A stretch of DNA of 64,000 bases from an uncultured virus (IMG/VR IMGVR_UViG_3300003617_000006) (taxonomy: Duplodnaviria > Heunggongvirae > Uroviricota > Caudoviricetes). The notes under the pieces were generated by a model. That model did no database searches, was not told where the DNA came from, and was given only the letters and a program-made list of their open reading frames with translations. The stretch lies in IMG/VR virus record IMGVR_UViG_3300003617_000006; one strand, 5' to 3'. A program made the translations under genes and the position numbers. Below are positions 8,977 to 18,734 of the stretch, one piece after another. Position 1 is the first letter of the stretch. Each line of letters opens with the position of its first letter.

Positions 8977-9984
8977 TTATAATTTTCTAAATTCTGGTTT
9001 AATAATTCTCCATAAGGTTTCTGAGTAATCTGAACCATCTAACATCTTAAAAAGAAGTTGTGGATATTTGTATCTTTTTGCTAGTTTCGCAAATTCAGCT
9101 CTATCATTTATTAGATGTCCCATTTTATTAAAAATCCAAACATATTCAGTCTCTAACATAATGTATTGGTGTTTTAATTCTTCTACATATTCTTCGATTT
9201 TATTGAAGAACTCATCTGGTACATCTTCTAATATTTTATAAATATCATTTCCACTACTCAGACATTCCCATACAGATTTAGTTGAGATTTCTGTCATAAT
9301 CTTATGAAGTCTAATATATTCTTCACCTTTGATTTTACATCTATCTCCATTTGAGAACTTAACTACAAATCCTTCTCTATTTTTACCTATATTTTGTTTT
9401 AAGTATTTGTAATTCTTAATGTTATTGTAATTTTTAACAACATCATATCCATTCTTTCTAAATTGGTCTAACGAATATTCTTCACCTGATTTGGTTCCGA
9501 TTCTACCTAATAAAACTAATCTCTCTGAACCTGCGTAATCTACAACAATTCTGTTTTCTGGATAGATGATTTCAAACATATAGGTTGAATCTTTAGAAAA
9601 ATGAGATTGTTGAAAATTATCCTTAAACATCTCACCACCTTTAATTGCCTGCTCAGAAGTAAAAGAACCTCTACTTGCAAAAATCCATTTACCGTCATAG
9701 TAAAATGCAATACCTAAAGAACCATCCATTTTCTCATATACTTCAAACTCATCAGTTATTGTATGTTTCCCCTCCTCAATATTAAAGAACTTTTTAAATG
9801 GTCTTGCAACTATATTACCCATTTCATCGGTAACCAATCCTCTACATTGTAGAGTAATTTCATCCCACTTACCTTCATATTGAGTCGCCTGAGAATAGTT
9901 CCATATTGTTAATGGAAGAGTTAGATGAGTTTGTTTAATCAACCATCCCTCGTCATAATACTTCTCTAATAACTCTAAGTTCAT
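8977..9984 (-). CDS. T4 Rnl1 (RnlA)-family RNA ligase
   Basis: CRGLV, ARPFKKFFN, motif I EKMDGSL, EGFVV, KIKGEEY; start moved to MNLELL because a promoter sits at 10000-10007. Confidence 0.9.
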   Translation of the reverse strand: MNLELLEKYYDEGWLIKQTHLTLPLTIWNYSQATQYEGKWDEITLQCRGLVTDEMGNIVARPFKKFFNIEEGKHTITDEFEVYEKMDGSLGIAFYYDGKWIFASRGSFTSEQAIKGGEMFKDNFQQSHFSKDSTYMFEIIYPENRIVVDYAGSERLVLLGRIGTKSGEEYSLDQFRKNGYDVVKNYNNIKNYKYLKQNIGKNREGFVVKFSNGDRCKIKGEEYIRLHKIMTEISTKSVWECLSSGNDIYKILEDVPDEFFNKIEEYVEELKHQYIMLETEYVWIFNKMGHLINDRAEFAKLAKRYKYPQLLFKMLDGSDYSETLWRIIKPEFRKL

Positions 9985-10031
9985 TTTGTAATGTTTCTGC
10001 AAATATAAGGGAAAAAAAGTGGGTTTAAAGA

Positions 10032-10943
10032 CTATTTTACGATTTTTTTGTAAGTTCCGTCATTATACTTAATTAAGTATAATTTATTATCCGAAGGAAT
10101 TACATTAATATCTTTTGATATATAACGTCCTCTCCAATCCCAAACACCTATAACTTCTCTTTTAATACTATGTTCTTCTACCCCTAATATAGAACTTCGA
10201 ACAATGAATGTCCATTGAATTCTCTGCGTAGTCATTAAATAACCACTACGGTATTTGTCAATTTGAAATCCATACCCATATCTTCCAAGCGTTGTTCCTA
10301 CAAATGTAATTGAGTCATTATCCGCAAGTACATTACTACCTGTTTGAGTTTGTGGTACGAATACTCCATTTGAATATGATGAGTAAAGGTCTGATAACGT
10401 CAGATTTACTGAATCGTTTTCTGGATTTGTGAAGTGACAGTTGTAATTTCCCCACACTGGTTTCATTGAATTAACCACATTTGATTCAACATTAACCCAA
10501 AGAGGTTGTTCCATAAATGGTGTTGAACTATTTGGTACGTGCCAGTAATCTGTTGACAATACAAAATCCGATTGATTCGAATTTGTAGAGTTGTTTAACA
10601 TTGGCCAACAACAGTTCTTATAGATAAACCTATATTTGTTTGAATCTAAATCCAAATAATCACTACCGTAATTTGCAGTGTTAAATCCTTGATGTGTTGA
10701 TTGATTAATCTTATCTAAGGTAACATAAGAATCGAATGTATACCACCCTTGAGAATCCATCACCCACATTTCAAGTGATACCTGATTCGGTAATGGTGGA
10801 AACGCATCAGCAACCACATACATTCCAATCGATGTAGAGTCCTGTGATGTTTGTGCAACCTGAATAATACCACCCATCATATGAGAGGCATTTGTCACAA
10901 ATGTTGTCAAAATTAGTGACAGTGTTAGTAATTGTTTTTTCAT
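10032..10943 (-). CDS. secreted protein with T9SS (Por) C-terminal-domain-like tail
   Basis: signal peptide ending NA|SHMMGG, CC motif; C-terminus LGVEE...WDWRGR...LYLIKYNDGTYKKIVK. Confidence 0.65.
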   Translation of the reverse strand: MKKQLLTLSLILTTFVTNASHMMGGIIQVAQTSQDSTSIGMYVVADAFPPLPNQVSLEMWVMDSQGWYTFDSYVTLDKINQSTHQGFNTANYGSDYLDLDSNKYRFIYKNCCWPMLNNSTNSNQSDFVLSTDYWHVPNSSTPFMEQPLWVNVESNVVNSMKPVWGNYNCHFTNPENDSVNLTLSDLYSSYSNGVFVPQTQTGSNVLADNDSITFVGTTLGRYGYGFQIDKYRSGYLMTTQRIQWTFIVRSSILGVEEHSIKREVIGVWDWRGRYISKDINVIPSDNKLYLIKYNDGTYKKIVK

Positions 10944-10945
10944 AT

Positions 10946-11101
10946 CTATTTATTTTCTTTAGTTACAATTTCTCTTCTCCACCATTTTGAGAATAGAGTC
11001 TTTGGGTTTCGTTTAACATATCTTTCCCCCACCACTAAAACAATGGCGATGAAAGTTGTAAACACAACGTAAACCTCAATCATTAATATTAATTCTTTCA
11101 T
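10946..11101 (-). CDS. small membrane protein (51 aa)
   Basis: hand-translated MKELILMIEVYVVFTTFIAIVLVVG...; promoter TACATTTG at 11117-11124. Confidence 0.6.
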   Translation of the reverse strand: MKELILMIEVYVVFTTFIAIVLVVGERYVKRNPKTLFSKWWRREIVTKENK

Positions 11102-11167
11102 ACGAATCTGTTTAACCAAATGTAAGTCTAATATTTACAAAAACAAATATAACCCTAAATTTATTTT

Positions 11168-11371
11168 ATGATTAAATTAACCACATTATCAGAAACAAAA
11201 AGTTCCGAACTCTATGTGAATCCAGAACTTATATGTTATATTACTAAGACATCCATGTGGGACGCATCGATTAGTGAGAATATTGACCTCACTAAAATAT
11301 ATTTTAATCAGGAACACTACCTAATGGTAAGTGAAACCCCTGAAGAGATTATAAATCTAATTAAGAGGTAG
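11168..11371 (+). CDS. FlbD-like small protein
   Basis: MIKLT...YVNPELI...VSETPEEI pattern. Confidence 0.65.
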   Translation: MIKLTTLSETKSSELYVNPELICYITKTSMWDASISENIDLTKIYFNQEHYLMVSETPEEIINLIKR

Positions 11372-12664
11372 TACGTTAAACATTAACTCTACGAACCCCT
11401 CATCATTAAATCCAAACGAACTAATCTTAGGTTGTAGATACTCTTTGATACAGTCACCAACTTCAGTCTCTATCTCCCACAATTGGTTTTCCTCCATATA
11501 CTCACTGACGTTGAATATATCACCTAAATCGTGTAAGGTACCGTCGAGTAAACTAACATTACTACCACTATCAATTTCAACATTAATTGTTATATATTCT
11601 TTAACCTCTAAACTTTTAATTCTAAAAATTAAGTCGTACCCTCCACAGAAAAATTCATGAATGCCCGTTTCAGACGCAGTTTCATTAATCTTATCTATAA
11701 TAACCTGTATTCCTCCGATATAGTCAACTTTATGTTGATTAATGTCCTCAACACTACCACGTATATATTTCGACTTATTACTATCCAAACCGTTTCGGTC
11801 CCATAAATAAGATAATGTTTTCTTTTCAACATCAGAAAGTTGCGAACTCGGTTTTTTGTCCGGCCTTTGGAAGCGCTGAAGAGATTCGTTCAATCCCTCA
11901 ACATCTTTCTCAATTGAATCACCAATAATGTCACTAATGATTATCTGCACATTAGGAATATATCGACCAATGGATACTTCCAACTCACCAATAAAGTTAT
12001 CGTATTCAATCCTTGCACTATTCACATACAGATTAACATTCACAATAGGAACCTCATCATTTGTAAAGCTAATAACATCAATCCTATCTACAGAACTGAT
12101 TTCATCTAACTCATCCATCTCACCTAATCCCATATCGAACGCGTAATCTTGAATCTTTTGAACACCGTTATTAATTAAAGTCTGTATTGTCGATAAATTA
12201 TTACTTTCATTCAATCCCTCAACATCACTACTCTCTACGTTCTGATTTAAATCACCGATAAAGACCATTGGGGTGAATCCTATTGCTGCCGAAACACATA
12301 AACGAGTGTTACCCGATACCAAATGATATCTGTCGTTAAACTTAACGATAAGTGGTCTCTTATAGGTATCCTCCATAAGTTTAAGTCTTAACTTATATGG
12401 GTTACTCTTACCATACATACTGGCAATATGTATTACCTTCTCAAACTCACCTTCTTCTATTGTGTTTGATTCTGTATTTTCTAGTTTATCCCATATTTCT
12501 TTGGTTAACTCTACGGCTTCTACACCTTTAAATGATTTCTTTACCTCTTTAACCGACACTGGGAAATTATCGTTTCGGGTTATTTGTTGAGACACTCTCT
12601 TTATCTCATCCATCTCACCCTTTATATCAGGTACACTATTTAATGTATTAACTACCTTATCCAT
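11357..12664 (-). CDS. multi-module protein with N-terminal ParB/Srx-like domain
   Basis: RPLIVK...YHLVSGNTRL ParB-like motif; DVEGLNES linker occurs twice. Confidence 0.7.
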   Translation of the reverse strand: MDKVVNTLNSVPDIKGEMDEIKRVSQQITRNDNFPVSVKEVKKSFKGVEAVELTKEIWDKLENTESNTIEEGEFEKVIHIASMYGKSNPYKLRLKLMEDTYKRPLIVKFNDRYHLVSGNTRLCVSAAIGFTPMVFIGDLNQNVESSDVEGLNESNNLSTIQTLINNGVQKIQDYAFDMGLGEMDELDEISSVDRIDVISFTNDEVPIVNVNLYVNSARIEYDNFIGELEVSIGRYIPNVQIIISDIIGDSIEKDVEGLNESLQRFQRPDKKPSSQLSDVEKKTLSYLWDRNGLDSNKSKYIRGSVEDINQHKVDYIGGIQVIIDKINETASETGIHEFFCGGYDLIFRIKSLEVKEYITINVEIDSGSNVSLLDGTLHDLGDIFNVSEYMEENQLWEIETEVGDCIKEYLQPKISSFGFNDEGFVELMFNVLPLN

Positions 12665-12666
12665 TA

Positions 12667-13044
12667 TTAATTGTCTTTATTTCTTAATTGAGTAAATATA
12701 CTCCCAAACCTATCCTTTAGACTTTTTACTATATCTATTGGAGTGTATTCTAATGGTGAGTTATATCTATCAGACTCTAATTTATCATAACAATATTTCA
12801 CCATAAAGTGAACATCTTCTTTTGGTAATCTTAAAAAGAATCTTCTACACATTACGTTTATCCTATCTCTTATACGTATAGATGAAATATCATAAAGAAA
12901 CTCATCAGTACACTTACTATCTTTAAACCTATTAAATGTTTCATAGGTCAAAACATACCCCTTACCATTTAACTTAGTATATATCAACCCCTTTAGTATA
13001 TATACATCACATAACACCCTTAATCCACCCTTAGGATATCCCAT
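12667..13044 (-). CDS. hypothetical protein
   Basis: ORF track; overlaps the sulfotransferase stop. Confidence 0.6.
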   Translation of the reverse strand: MGYPKGGLRVLCDVYILKGLIYTKLNGKGYVLTYETFNRFKDSKCTDEFLYDISSIRIRDRINVMCRRFFLRLPKEDVHFMVKYCYDKLESDRYNSPLEYTPIDIVKSLKDRFGSIFTQLRNKDN

Positions 13045-13852
13045 AGTCTCTCCAACTTTCAGGAACTCTACCGATAGTATCTTTTACTTTCTGAACTGAT
13101 GGTCTATATATGTCATACAACATCTCGTATTGAGACTCATCAATATCCGTTAATACTGACTTATCAGATGAATTCTTAATCATAAAAGGTAATTCTTCGT
13201 GTCCAACCTCTAAGTATTTAAATAACTTTGTTAACTCAACACTACGATTCGTCTTAAACTCTTCAGTAATAATATAGTGACAGTTGTCACCAAATACGGA
13301 TTGTATATTATCCAACAATATGTCGTAACGACCTAACTGTATCTTATTCATCGAACTCATCCTATAAGGTTGGTGTTTATCTAAAAAGTAATACCTTTCC
13401 AACTGAAACGATAAGAAACTCTCAAATGTCGTATTCTCATCCATCTCATCCCATATTGAACTGTAATAGTCAGGCGAATACCTACTATAGTCCTCGTCAA
13501 TCTTTGACCTCAGTACTGAATTCATAAAAGACCACCACGATAAAAACTTATCAATAGGGTCTCTCATCATAAAGATGTTTTTTACGTCATCCCCACAATA
13601 ATGTTTAATCGCCTCTAAATATGTTTTTGAGTTTGAGTGTGTAACACTTTTGTCACCTATAATCTTTTTGTCTTGTCCGTCAATGAAATATTCATTAACC
13701 CATAACTCAACAGGGGTAGTATAAAAACTACGACTAAAATAATGCGTTTCGTCATCCGTAAAATACATCTCTGAATGATGACTTAGGACTTTCTGTAAGG
13801 TAGAAGTGCCACATTTGGACCCTCCTAAAATAAATGTATTTGGTAGTTTCAT
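13031..13852 (-). CDS. PAPS-dependent sulfotransferase
   Basis: LPNTFILGGSKCGTSTL (5'-PSB), ETHYF, RDPIDKFLS (3'-PB) motifs. Confidence 0.9.
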   Translation of the reverse strand: MKLPNTFILGGSKCGTSTLQKVLSHHSEMYFTDDETHYFSRSFYTTPVELWVNEYFIDGQDKKIIGDKSVTHSNSKTYLEAIKHYCGDDVKNIFMMRDPIDKFLSWWSFMNSVLRSKIDEDYSRYSPDYYSSIWDEMDENTTFESFLSFQLERYYFLDKHQPYRMSSMNKIQLGRYDILLDNIQSVFGDNCHYIITEEFKTNRSVELTKLFKYLEVGHEELPFMIKNSSDKSVLTDIDESQYEMLYDIYRPSVQKVKDTIGRVPESWRDYGIS

Positions 13853-13912
13853 TTAACTGATTATATTATTCCATAAATATAGTCGTTAAATTTTTAATAG
13901 TGAAGTGATTTG

Positions 13913-14155
13913 TTAATTAGACCCCGAAATACGTTCCGTATTCATTATTTGGTCTAACTTAGTGGATGTGATATGAATCTGTTCCCTGATTTCTTTTACT
14001 TTGTCTGTTGTGGTATCTGTAGATTTTAAGTGACTAACACTTACTGGAGTTTGGAGTCTACAATGATGTCCAGTCTCTGTGGTTGAAACTAGTAATATAG
14101 TGAATGTCATTAACAATAATGTAACGACTGTCGGTATATATTTATTCTTTTTCAA
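13913..14155 (-). CDS. small protein with N-terminal TM/signal segment
   Basis: ORF track; hydrophobic N-terminus. Confidence 0.6.
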   Translation of the reverse strand: MKKNKYIPTVVTLLLMTFTILLVSTTETGHHCRLQTPVSVSHLKSTDTTTDKVKEIREQIHITSTKLDQIMNTERISGSN

Positions 14156-14396
14156 GTTTTTCTAAAATTTTATCAACTTTACCGTCTACAGATTTAAGGT
14201 CTCTCTTGATGTAGTCTAATTCTACTTGTAGAGCCTCAGGATTTACCTTTTCTAATTTCTGTTCCATTCTCTCAACCTTATCCTTAAGTAACTCAGTCTT
14301 AGTATCCATACGATAGTATAGACCAACTGCAGATAAAATAAGAACAGTTATCGTGATGTAATCTTTAAGTGCGAATTTTGGTGCCGTTATTGCCAT
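14142..14396 (-). CDS. TM plus coiled-coil protein (holin/spanin-like, tentative)
   Basis: single TM then heptad-rich tail; TATTTAT at 14415-14421. Confidence 0.6.
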   Translation of the reverse strand: MAITAPKFALKDYITITVLILSAVGLYYRMDTKTELLKDKVERMEQKLEKVNPEALQVELDYIKRDLKSVDGKVDKILEKLEKE

Positions 14397-14520
14397 GTTT
14401 AAAATCTTATACTAATAAATATCATTAAAAAATAGAAACTACAAACTTAAATAAAGTTTTTTTTAACTTATTTAATTTATTTAGTCTCTTTATATAAATA
14501 CCTTAAAAAAGTTTTTACAA

Positions 14521-14552
14521 AAAAAAACCTCTGCAGTTTTACTACAGAGGTT
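14521..14552 (-). terminator. intrinsic terminator of the large ncRNA
   Basis: minus strand AACCTCTGTAG-TAAAA-CTGCAGAGGTT followed by a T run. Confidence 0.85.
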
Positions 14553-14559
14553 GAGGGGT

Positions 14560-15370
14560 ATTGAACGCTGAGACTACACGTCTATGTGATTCGTCTTTAG
14601 GTGGTGTACCTCAATGATGAGTTGCCATCCTGTCCACCATACTTTAGTATAGTATCGAATCAGTGTCGGTTATTTACGTGAACCACTCGTTTCGTTGAAC
14701 AACTACTCAACTACAAAATTAAACTATCGAATCTTGCGGACTCACTAAGGGCTGACCACCCACTAATTTTATCGTAATCGACATCGGAAGACTTGCGGTC
14801 TTACGAAGACTTCATTAATCCTATGGACCTGAAGTATTAGACACCTTTCGTTGTCAACGCCTGAAGTCTTTTGCTTGTATCTATCTTATAATAGTAGCAA
14901 AATGTGAGTTAAGTAAAGATGTGCTTCAGGAGAAGGTTCATTCCTTTTGGGAAAGAAATACTTCACACCTTTATGTAAGTCTGTCAACCTACGGTATTTC
15001 AGGACTACGTTTACTTTAACGTATCGGTAACCCTTAATACTGGTACTCAGCCCTACAATATCTGACAGGATATGTCGAACCGTCACCTGTGGTTTATCCT
15101 ATTGGTATCACTACCTCAACTTCGAAATCTCACAAATTCAAAGTATCTTCTTTCCCTCAACAGTTGTCCTCAGGAAATTAGACGTTACCACTTTGTTTAG
15201 TTGTCAGAGTTAAACTCTGCGGGTTTCCAATAGATACTACTCTACCTTCTACCCCTTTAGTCCTGTTGCCAGGTTTATCTAACGACGCTAAACCGCCAAT
15301 TTGATTATATATTTACACTTTTTAAAGGGGGTTAATCCATCAACAAAATATTGATATAATCAAACTAATA
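14560..15370 (-). ncRNA. GOLLD-like giant structured RNA (~800 nt); ends approximate
   Basis: ORF-poor and GC-richer; many stems with GNRA loops (CCUG-GCAA-CAGG, AAGACC-GCAA-GUCUU, GAGUCC-GCAA-GAUUC); 3'-half motifs AAGCAAAAG, AACGAAAG, AGUAGUU..AACGAGUGGUU..AACCG, AAAGAC and GUGUAGUCUCAGC match my recollection of the GOLLD 3' core. Confidence 0.82.
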
Positions 15371-15377
15371 CATTAAA

Positions 15378-15533
15378 TAAAGAACTCGTCTAAATTTTAT
15401 TACCTTACAAATCTAAGGATAGTTTTTCATTATGTCAAACTATTTTTTAAATTTTTAAGGTTTTTTTTGTATTTGTTATAATCTTAACGACTTTAACTAT
15501 ACAAATGTAGAAAATAAATATAACAGTATCAAC
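15378..15533 (-). promoter_or_regulatory. tandem host-type promoters plus boxA-like element upstream of the ncRNA
   Basis: TTTG(15436-39)-N20-TAGATTTG(15408-15); TACATTTG at 15502-15509; GTTCTTTA at 15378-15385. Confidence 0.7.
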
Positions 15534-15569
15534 TAAAGTTCTATTTTATTTGACACTTTTTTTAGTTTT

Positions 15570-17405
15570 CTACTCTACCGTCACACTTTTTGCTAAGTTT
15601 CTAGGTTTGTCAACGTCTTTACCATTCAATGATGCGATTTTATACGATAGTAATTGTAGTGGTACAACCGTCAATAACGGAGATACATACTCATTAACTT
15701 CATCAATATAAATTACGTCATCAACAATAGTCTTAGTCATTTCATCACCTTTGTAACAAATAGCAATAACTTTACCACCTCTCGCCTTTACCTCTTGGAT
15801 ATTAGATAAAACTTTATCGTAGTGAGGACCTGATTGTGCTATGAACACACTAGGACAATTCTCATCAATCAGAGCGATTGGTCCGTGTTTCATCTCACCA
15901 GCAGGATATCCCTCAGCATGAATATAAGATATCTCTTTTAGTTTTAACGCTCCCTCCAATGCAGTTGGGAAGTTAATACCTCGACCCATAAATAAAAAGT
16001 CTTCATAGTCCTTATACTTTTCAGCAATTCTAAATATCTCTTCCTTATTATCAAGTATGTTCTTAATCTTCTCAGGAATAAATCTTAGAGACTGTTTGAT
16101 ATTATAGAACTCATGGTCTGTAATGTTATTAAGTTGTTTCGATAGTTTTAACGCCAACAACATAAAAGCCGTCACCTGTCCTGTGTACGCCTTTGTAGAT
16201 GCAACCCCAATCTCAATACCTGAGTGTGTGTATATTCCGGCATCTACCATACGTGCGATTGAAGAACCAACGGAATTGACCACACCGAATAAAGTAGCAC
16301 CCCTTTCCTTAGCCATCTCCAATGCCGCTTTGGTATCTGCAGTTTCTCCTGACTGAGAAATCGCAATAACAACATCTCCGTGTTGAATAATAGGATTACG
16401 ATATCTGAACTCAGACGCGTAATCAACCTCAACGGGTATTCGGGTTAAATTCTCAATTAAGTATTTCCCCACTAACCCAGCGTGCCAACTAGTACCACAA
16501 GCAACAATAAAAATACGTTGTGCTCTTAATAGTTTTGGTAATATACTCTCCGTTCCTCCCATCATAAGTGGTAAGTCCCCGTCTGTTAAACGACCCCGTA
16601 AGCAATTTAAAATGGTTTCTGGTTGTTCAGCAATTTCCTTTAACATAAAAGAATCAAAACCACCTTTCTCGATTGTTTCTAAGTCTAAATCAACTTTCTC
16701 AATCACAGGATTAACATCTTTATTATCCATATCAATAATACGAATACCACCCTCTGTAATTGTGGCAATCTGATTATCCTCGACATAAATAATGTCATCC
16801 GTATGAGTAAGGATTGGAGTGGCATCGGATGCAACCATAAAGTAGTCCTCACCGATACCTATCGCCATTGGTGAACTTTTCCTTGCGGTTACAACCTTAT
16901 CCTCGTTAGTATCCATCACTAAGATAGCATACGCTCCAACAACTTCTTTTAGTGAGAGTCTAACAGACTCCTCTAATGAACATTCACACTTTACCTTAAC
17001 ATAGTGAATCCAATTCACCAAAACTTCAGTGTCAGTATCCGAATGGAATTCATACCCTTCAGACTTTAACTTAGTTTTAAGTGTTTCGTAATTCTCAATA
17101 ATTCCGTTATGGACTAATGTGATTGTCCCATCGTTGGATGAGTGTGGGTGGGCATTTCTAACTTCAGGTGCTCCGTGGGTAGCCCAACGAGTATGACCAA
17201 TAACCATATTAGTCTCACTAAATGTACTATCCAACTTATTAACCAATTGGTCAACACCTCCCACCGCTCGAGTAACAGTAATCCCGTCTTTAGTACGTAT
17301 CGCAATACCTGAAGAATCATACCCTCGATATTCCAAACGAAACAATCCGTTGATTACTTTATTGACCGGTGAGTCATTACCTATATATCCTACAATCCCA
17401 CACAT
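15570..17405 (-). CDS. glmS: glutamine--fructose-6-phosphate transaminase (isomerizing)
   Basis: MCGIVG, LEYRGYDSSG, GHTRWATHG, SQSGET and C-terminal PRNLAKSVTVE. Confidence 0.98.
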   Translation of the reverse strand: MCGIVGYIGNDSPVNKVINGLFRLEYRGYDSSGIAIRTKDGITVTRAVGGVDQLVNKLDSTFSETNMVIGHTRWATHGAPEVRNAHPHSSNDGTITLVHNGIIENYETLKTKLKSEGYEFHSDTDTEVLVNWIHYVKVKCECSLEESVRLSLKEVVGAYAILVMDTNEDKVVTARKSSPMAIGIGEDYFMVASDATPILTHTDDIIYVEDNQIATITEGGIRIIDMDNKDVNPVIEKVDLDLETIEKGGFDSFMLKEIAEQPETILNCLRGRLTDGDLPLMMGGTESILPKLLRAQRIFIVACGTSWHAGLVGKYLIENLTRIPVEVDYASEFRYRNPIIQHGDVVIAISQSGETADTKAALEMAKERGATLFGVVNSVGSSIARMVDAGIYTHSGIEIGVASTKAYTGQVTAFMLLALKLSKQLNNITDHEFYNIKQSLRFIPEKIKNILDNKEEIFRIAEKYKDYEDFLFMGRGINFPTALEGALKLKEISYIHAEGYPAGEMKHGPIALIDENCPSVFIAQSGPHYDKVLSNIQEVKARGGKVIAICYKGDEMTKTIVDDVIYIDEVNEYVSPLLTVVPLQLLSYKIASLNGKDVDKPRNLAKSVTVE

Positions 17406-17411
17406 ATAATA

Positions 17412-17627
17412 CTATCCTACTAATGTACCTTTAAGACTTCTAAGAGCCTCCATCTTATCTTTTGCCGATGCTAATTGGTCGATAAGACCATCAATCTCTT
17501 CCGTGTGTTGTGGGTGTTCCCCAATCGCCACAGGGTTTTTGAAATAAATGGTTAATCTTGCCGTTGCATCTGCAATATCAGATTCGTACTTTTTGACTGT
17601 TGCGTCGTATAATAATTCACTAATCAT
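17412..17627 (-). CDS. conserved small phage protein (VAIGEHPQ)
   Basis: ORF track; NPVAIGEHPQ motif. Confidence 0.75.
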   Translation of the reverse strand: MISELLYDATVKKYESDIADATARLTIYFKNPVAIGEHPQHTEEIDGLIDQLASAKDKMEALRSLKGTLVG

Positions 17628-17644
17628 AATTCTGTTTTTTAGTT

Positions 17645-18700
17645 TTACTTTATAAATGTAGTATTTGTTTTTAGTCTTTTCAAGCTCTCGATAAACATTT
17701 TTATCACAGATTCTACATCATCTTTATGTGCCATCTCAACAGTTGTATGCATGTACTTTAATGGTGTTGCAACAATCGCAGTTGGTATACCACCATCAGC
17801 TAAGAAGAATCCCATAGTGTCGTTACCATACGAACCAATCGTTAGTTGGTAAGGTATCTCATTTTCATCTCCAACTGTTCTGAATAACTCAATCAACTGT
17901 CTATGGTTTTGTGCGGTGTGTTCAATAGCGCAACCGTTACCACCAATAGTCTCACAGTCCTTCTTAACATCATACATCGGTGCCTTTGTGATATGACACA
18001 CATCAGTTACCAATGCAACATCTGGTTTGATATTATTAGCAATCATTCTCGCTCCGTACAATCCAACTTCCTCCTGTACTGAATTGACAACATACAAATC
18101 AAACGGTAACTTATCACCATTCTCTTTTAATCTACGAGTAACCTCTGCGATGATGTAACCACCAATCTTATTATCCAATGCCTTTCCAACATAATAGTTA
18201 CCCATCTCGTGTAGTCGGTCATCGAAGTTTACAATGTTACCCACTTCAATACCCATTTCGATAACCTCATCCTTAGAACTCGCACCCACATCGATAAAGT
18301 TATTCTTCAATGATGGATTGTCCTCTTTGTCTTTTCTTACGTGAATCGCTGGCCAACCAAATACTCCCTTTAGTCTACCGTTCTTTCTCGTATGAATAAC
18401 CACTGTTTTTGATGGGGCAATCTGATGGTCTGAACCACCGTGTCTAACCACATATACAAAACCGTCAGCATCAATGTGAGAAATCATCCATGAAATCTCA
18501 TCACAATGTGCCTCAATAACAACTTTCTGTGCTCCTTCAATACCTGACTTTACAATACCATAAGCAGTACCATAGTTATCGTGATGAATCTCATCAACAT
18601 ACTCAGTTAAATAATCCGTCCACACCTTTTGTCCCTCACCTTCTTCGGCAACAGGAGAATACGCATTTAGGTAATCATATAAAAATTCCTTACTGTCCAT
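17645..18700 (-). CDS. M42 family metallo-aminopeptidase
   Basis: EAHCDEI, KALDNKIG, VQEEVGL, LKYMHTTVE; start at MDSKEFL. Confidence 0.93.
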   Translation of the reverse strand: MDSKEFLYDYLNAYSPVAEEGEGQKVWTDYLTEYVDEIHHDNYGTAYGIVKSGIEGAQKVVIEAHCDEISWMISHIDADGFVYVVRHGGSDHQIAPSKTVVIHTRKNGRLKGVFGWPAIHVRKDKEDNPSLKNNFIDVGASSKDEVIEMGIEVGNIVNFDDRLHEMGNYYVGKALDNKIGGYIIAEVTRRLKENGDKLPFDLYVVNSVQEEVGLYGARMIANNIKPDVALVTDVCHITKAPMYDVKKDCETIGGNGCAIEHTAQNHRQLIELFRTVGDENEIPYQLTIGSYGNDTMGFFLADGGIPTAIVATPLKYMHTTVEMAHKDDVESVIKMFIESLKRLKTNTTFIK

Positions 18701-18734
18701 ATTTATTAATTTAATACTATTTATTAAAAGAAAT

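Noticed and set aside
14886..15086. 66-aa ORF inside the ncRNA
   Set aside because: No protein-like features; lies within paired RNA elements
14560..15370. group I/II intron, rRNA fragment or tRNA cluster
   Set aside because: Does not interrupt a gene; no cloverleaf, rRNA signature or intron-encoded ORF seen; has an independent promoter and terminator
14560..15569. glmS ribozyme as the identity of the structured RNA beside glmS
   Set aside because: The RNA is 3' of glmS, much longer and has its own promoters; only 6 nt separate the glmS start from the upstream gene
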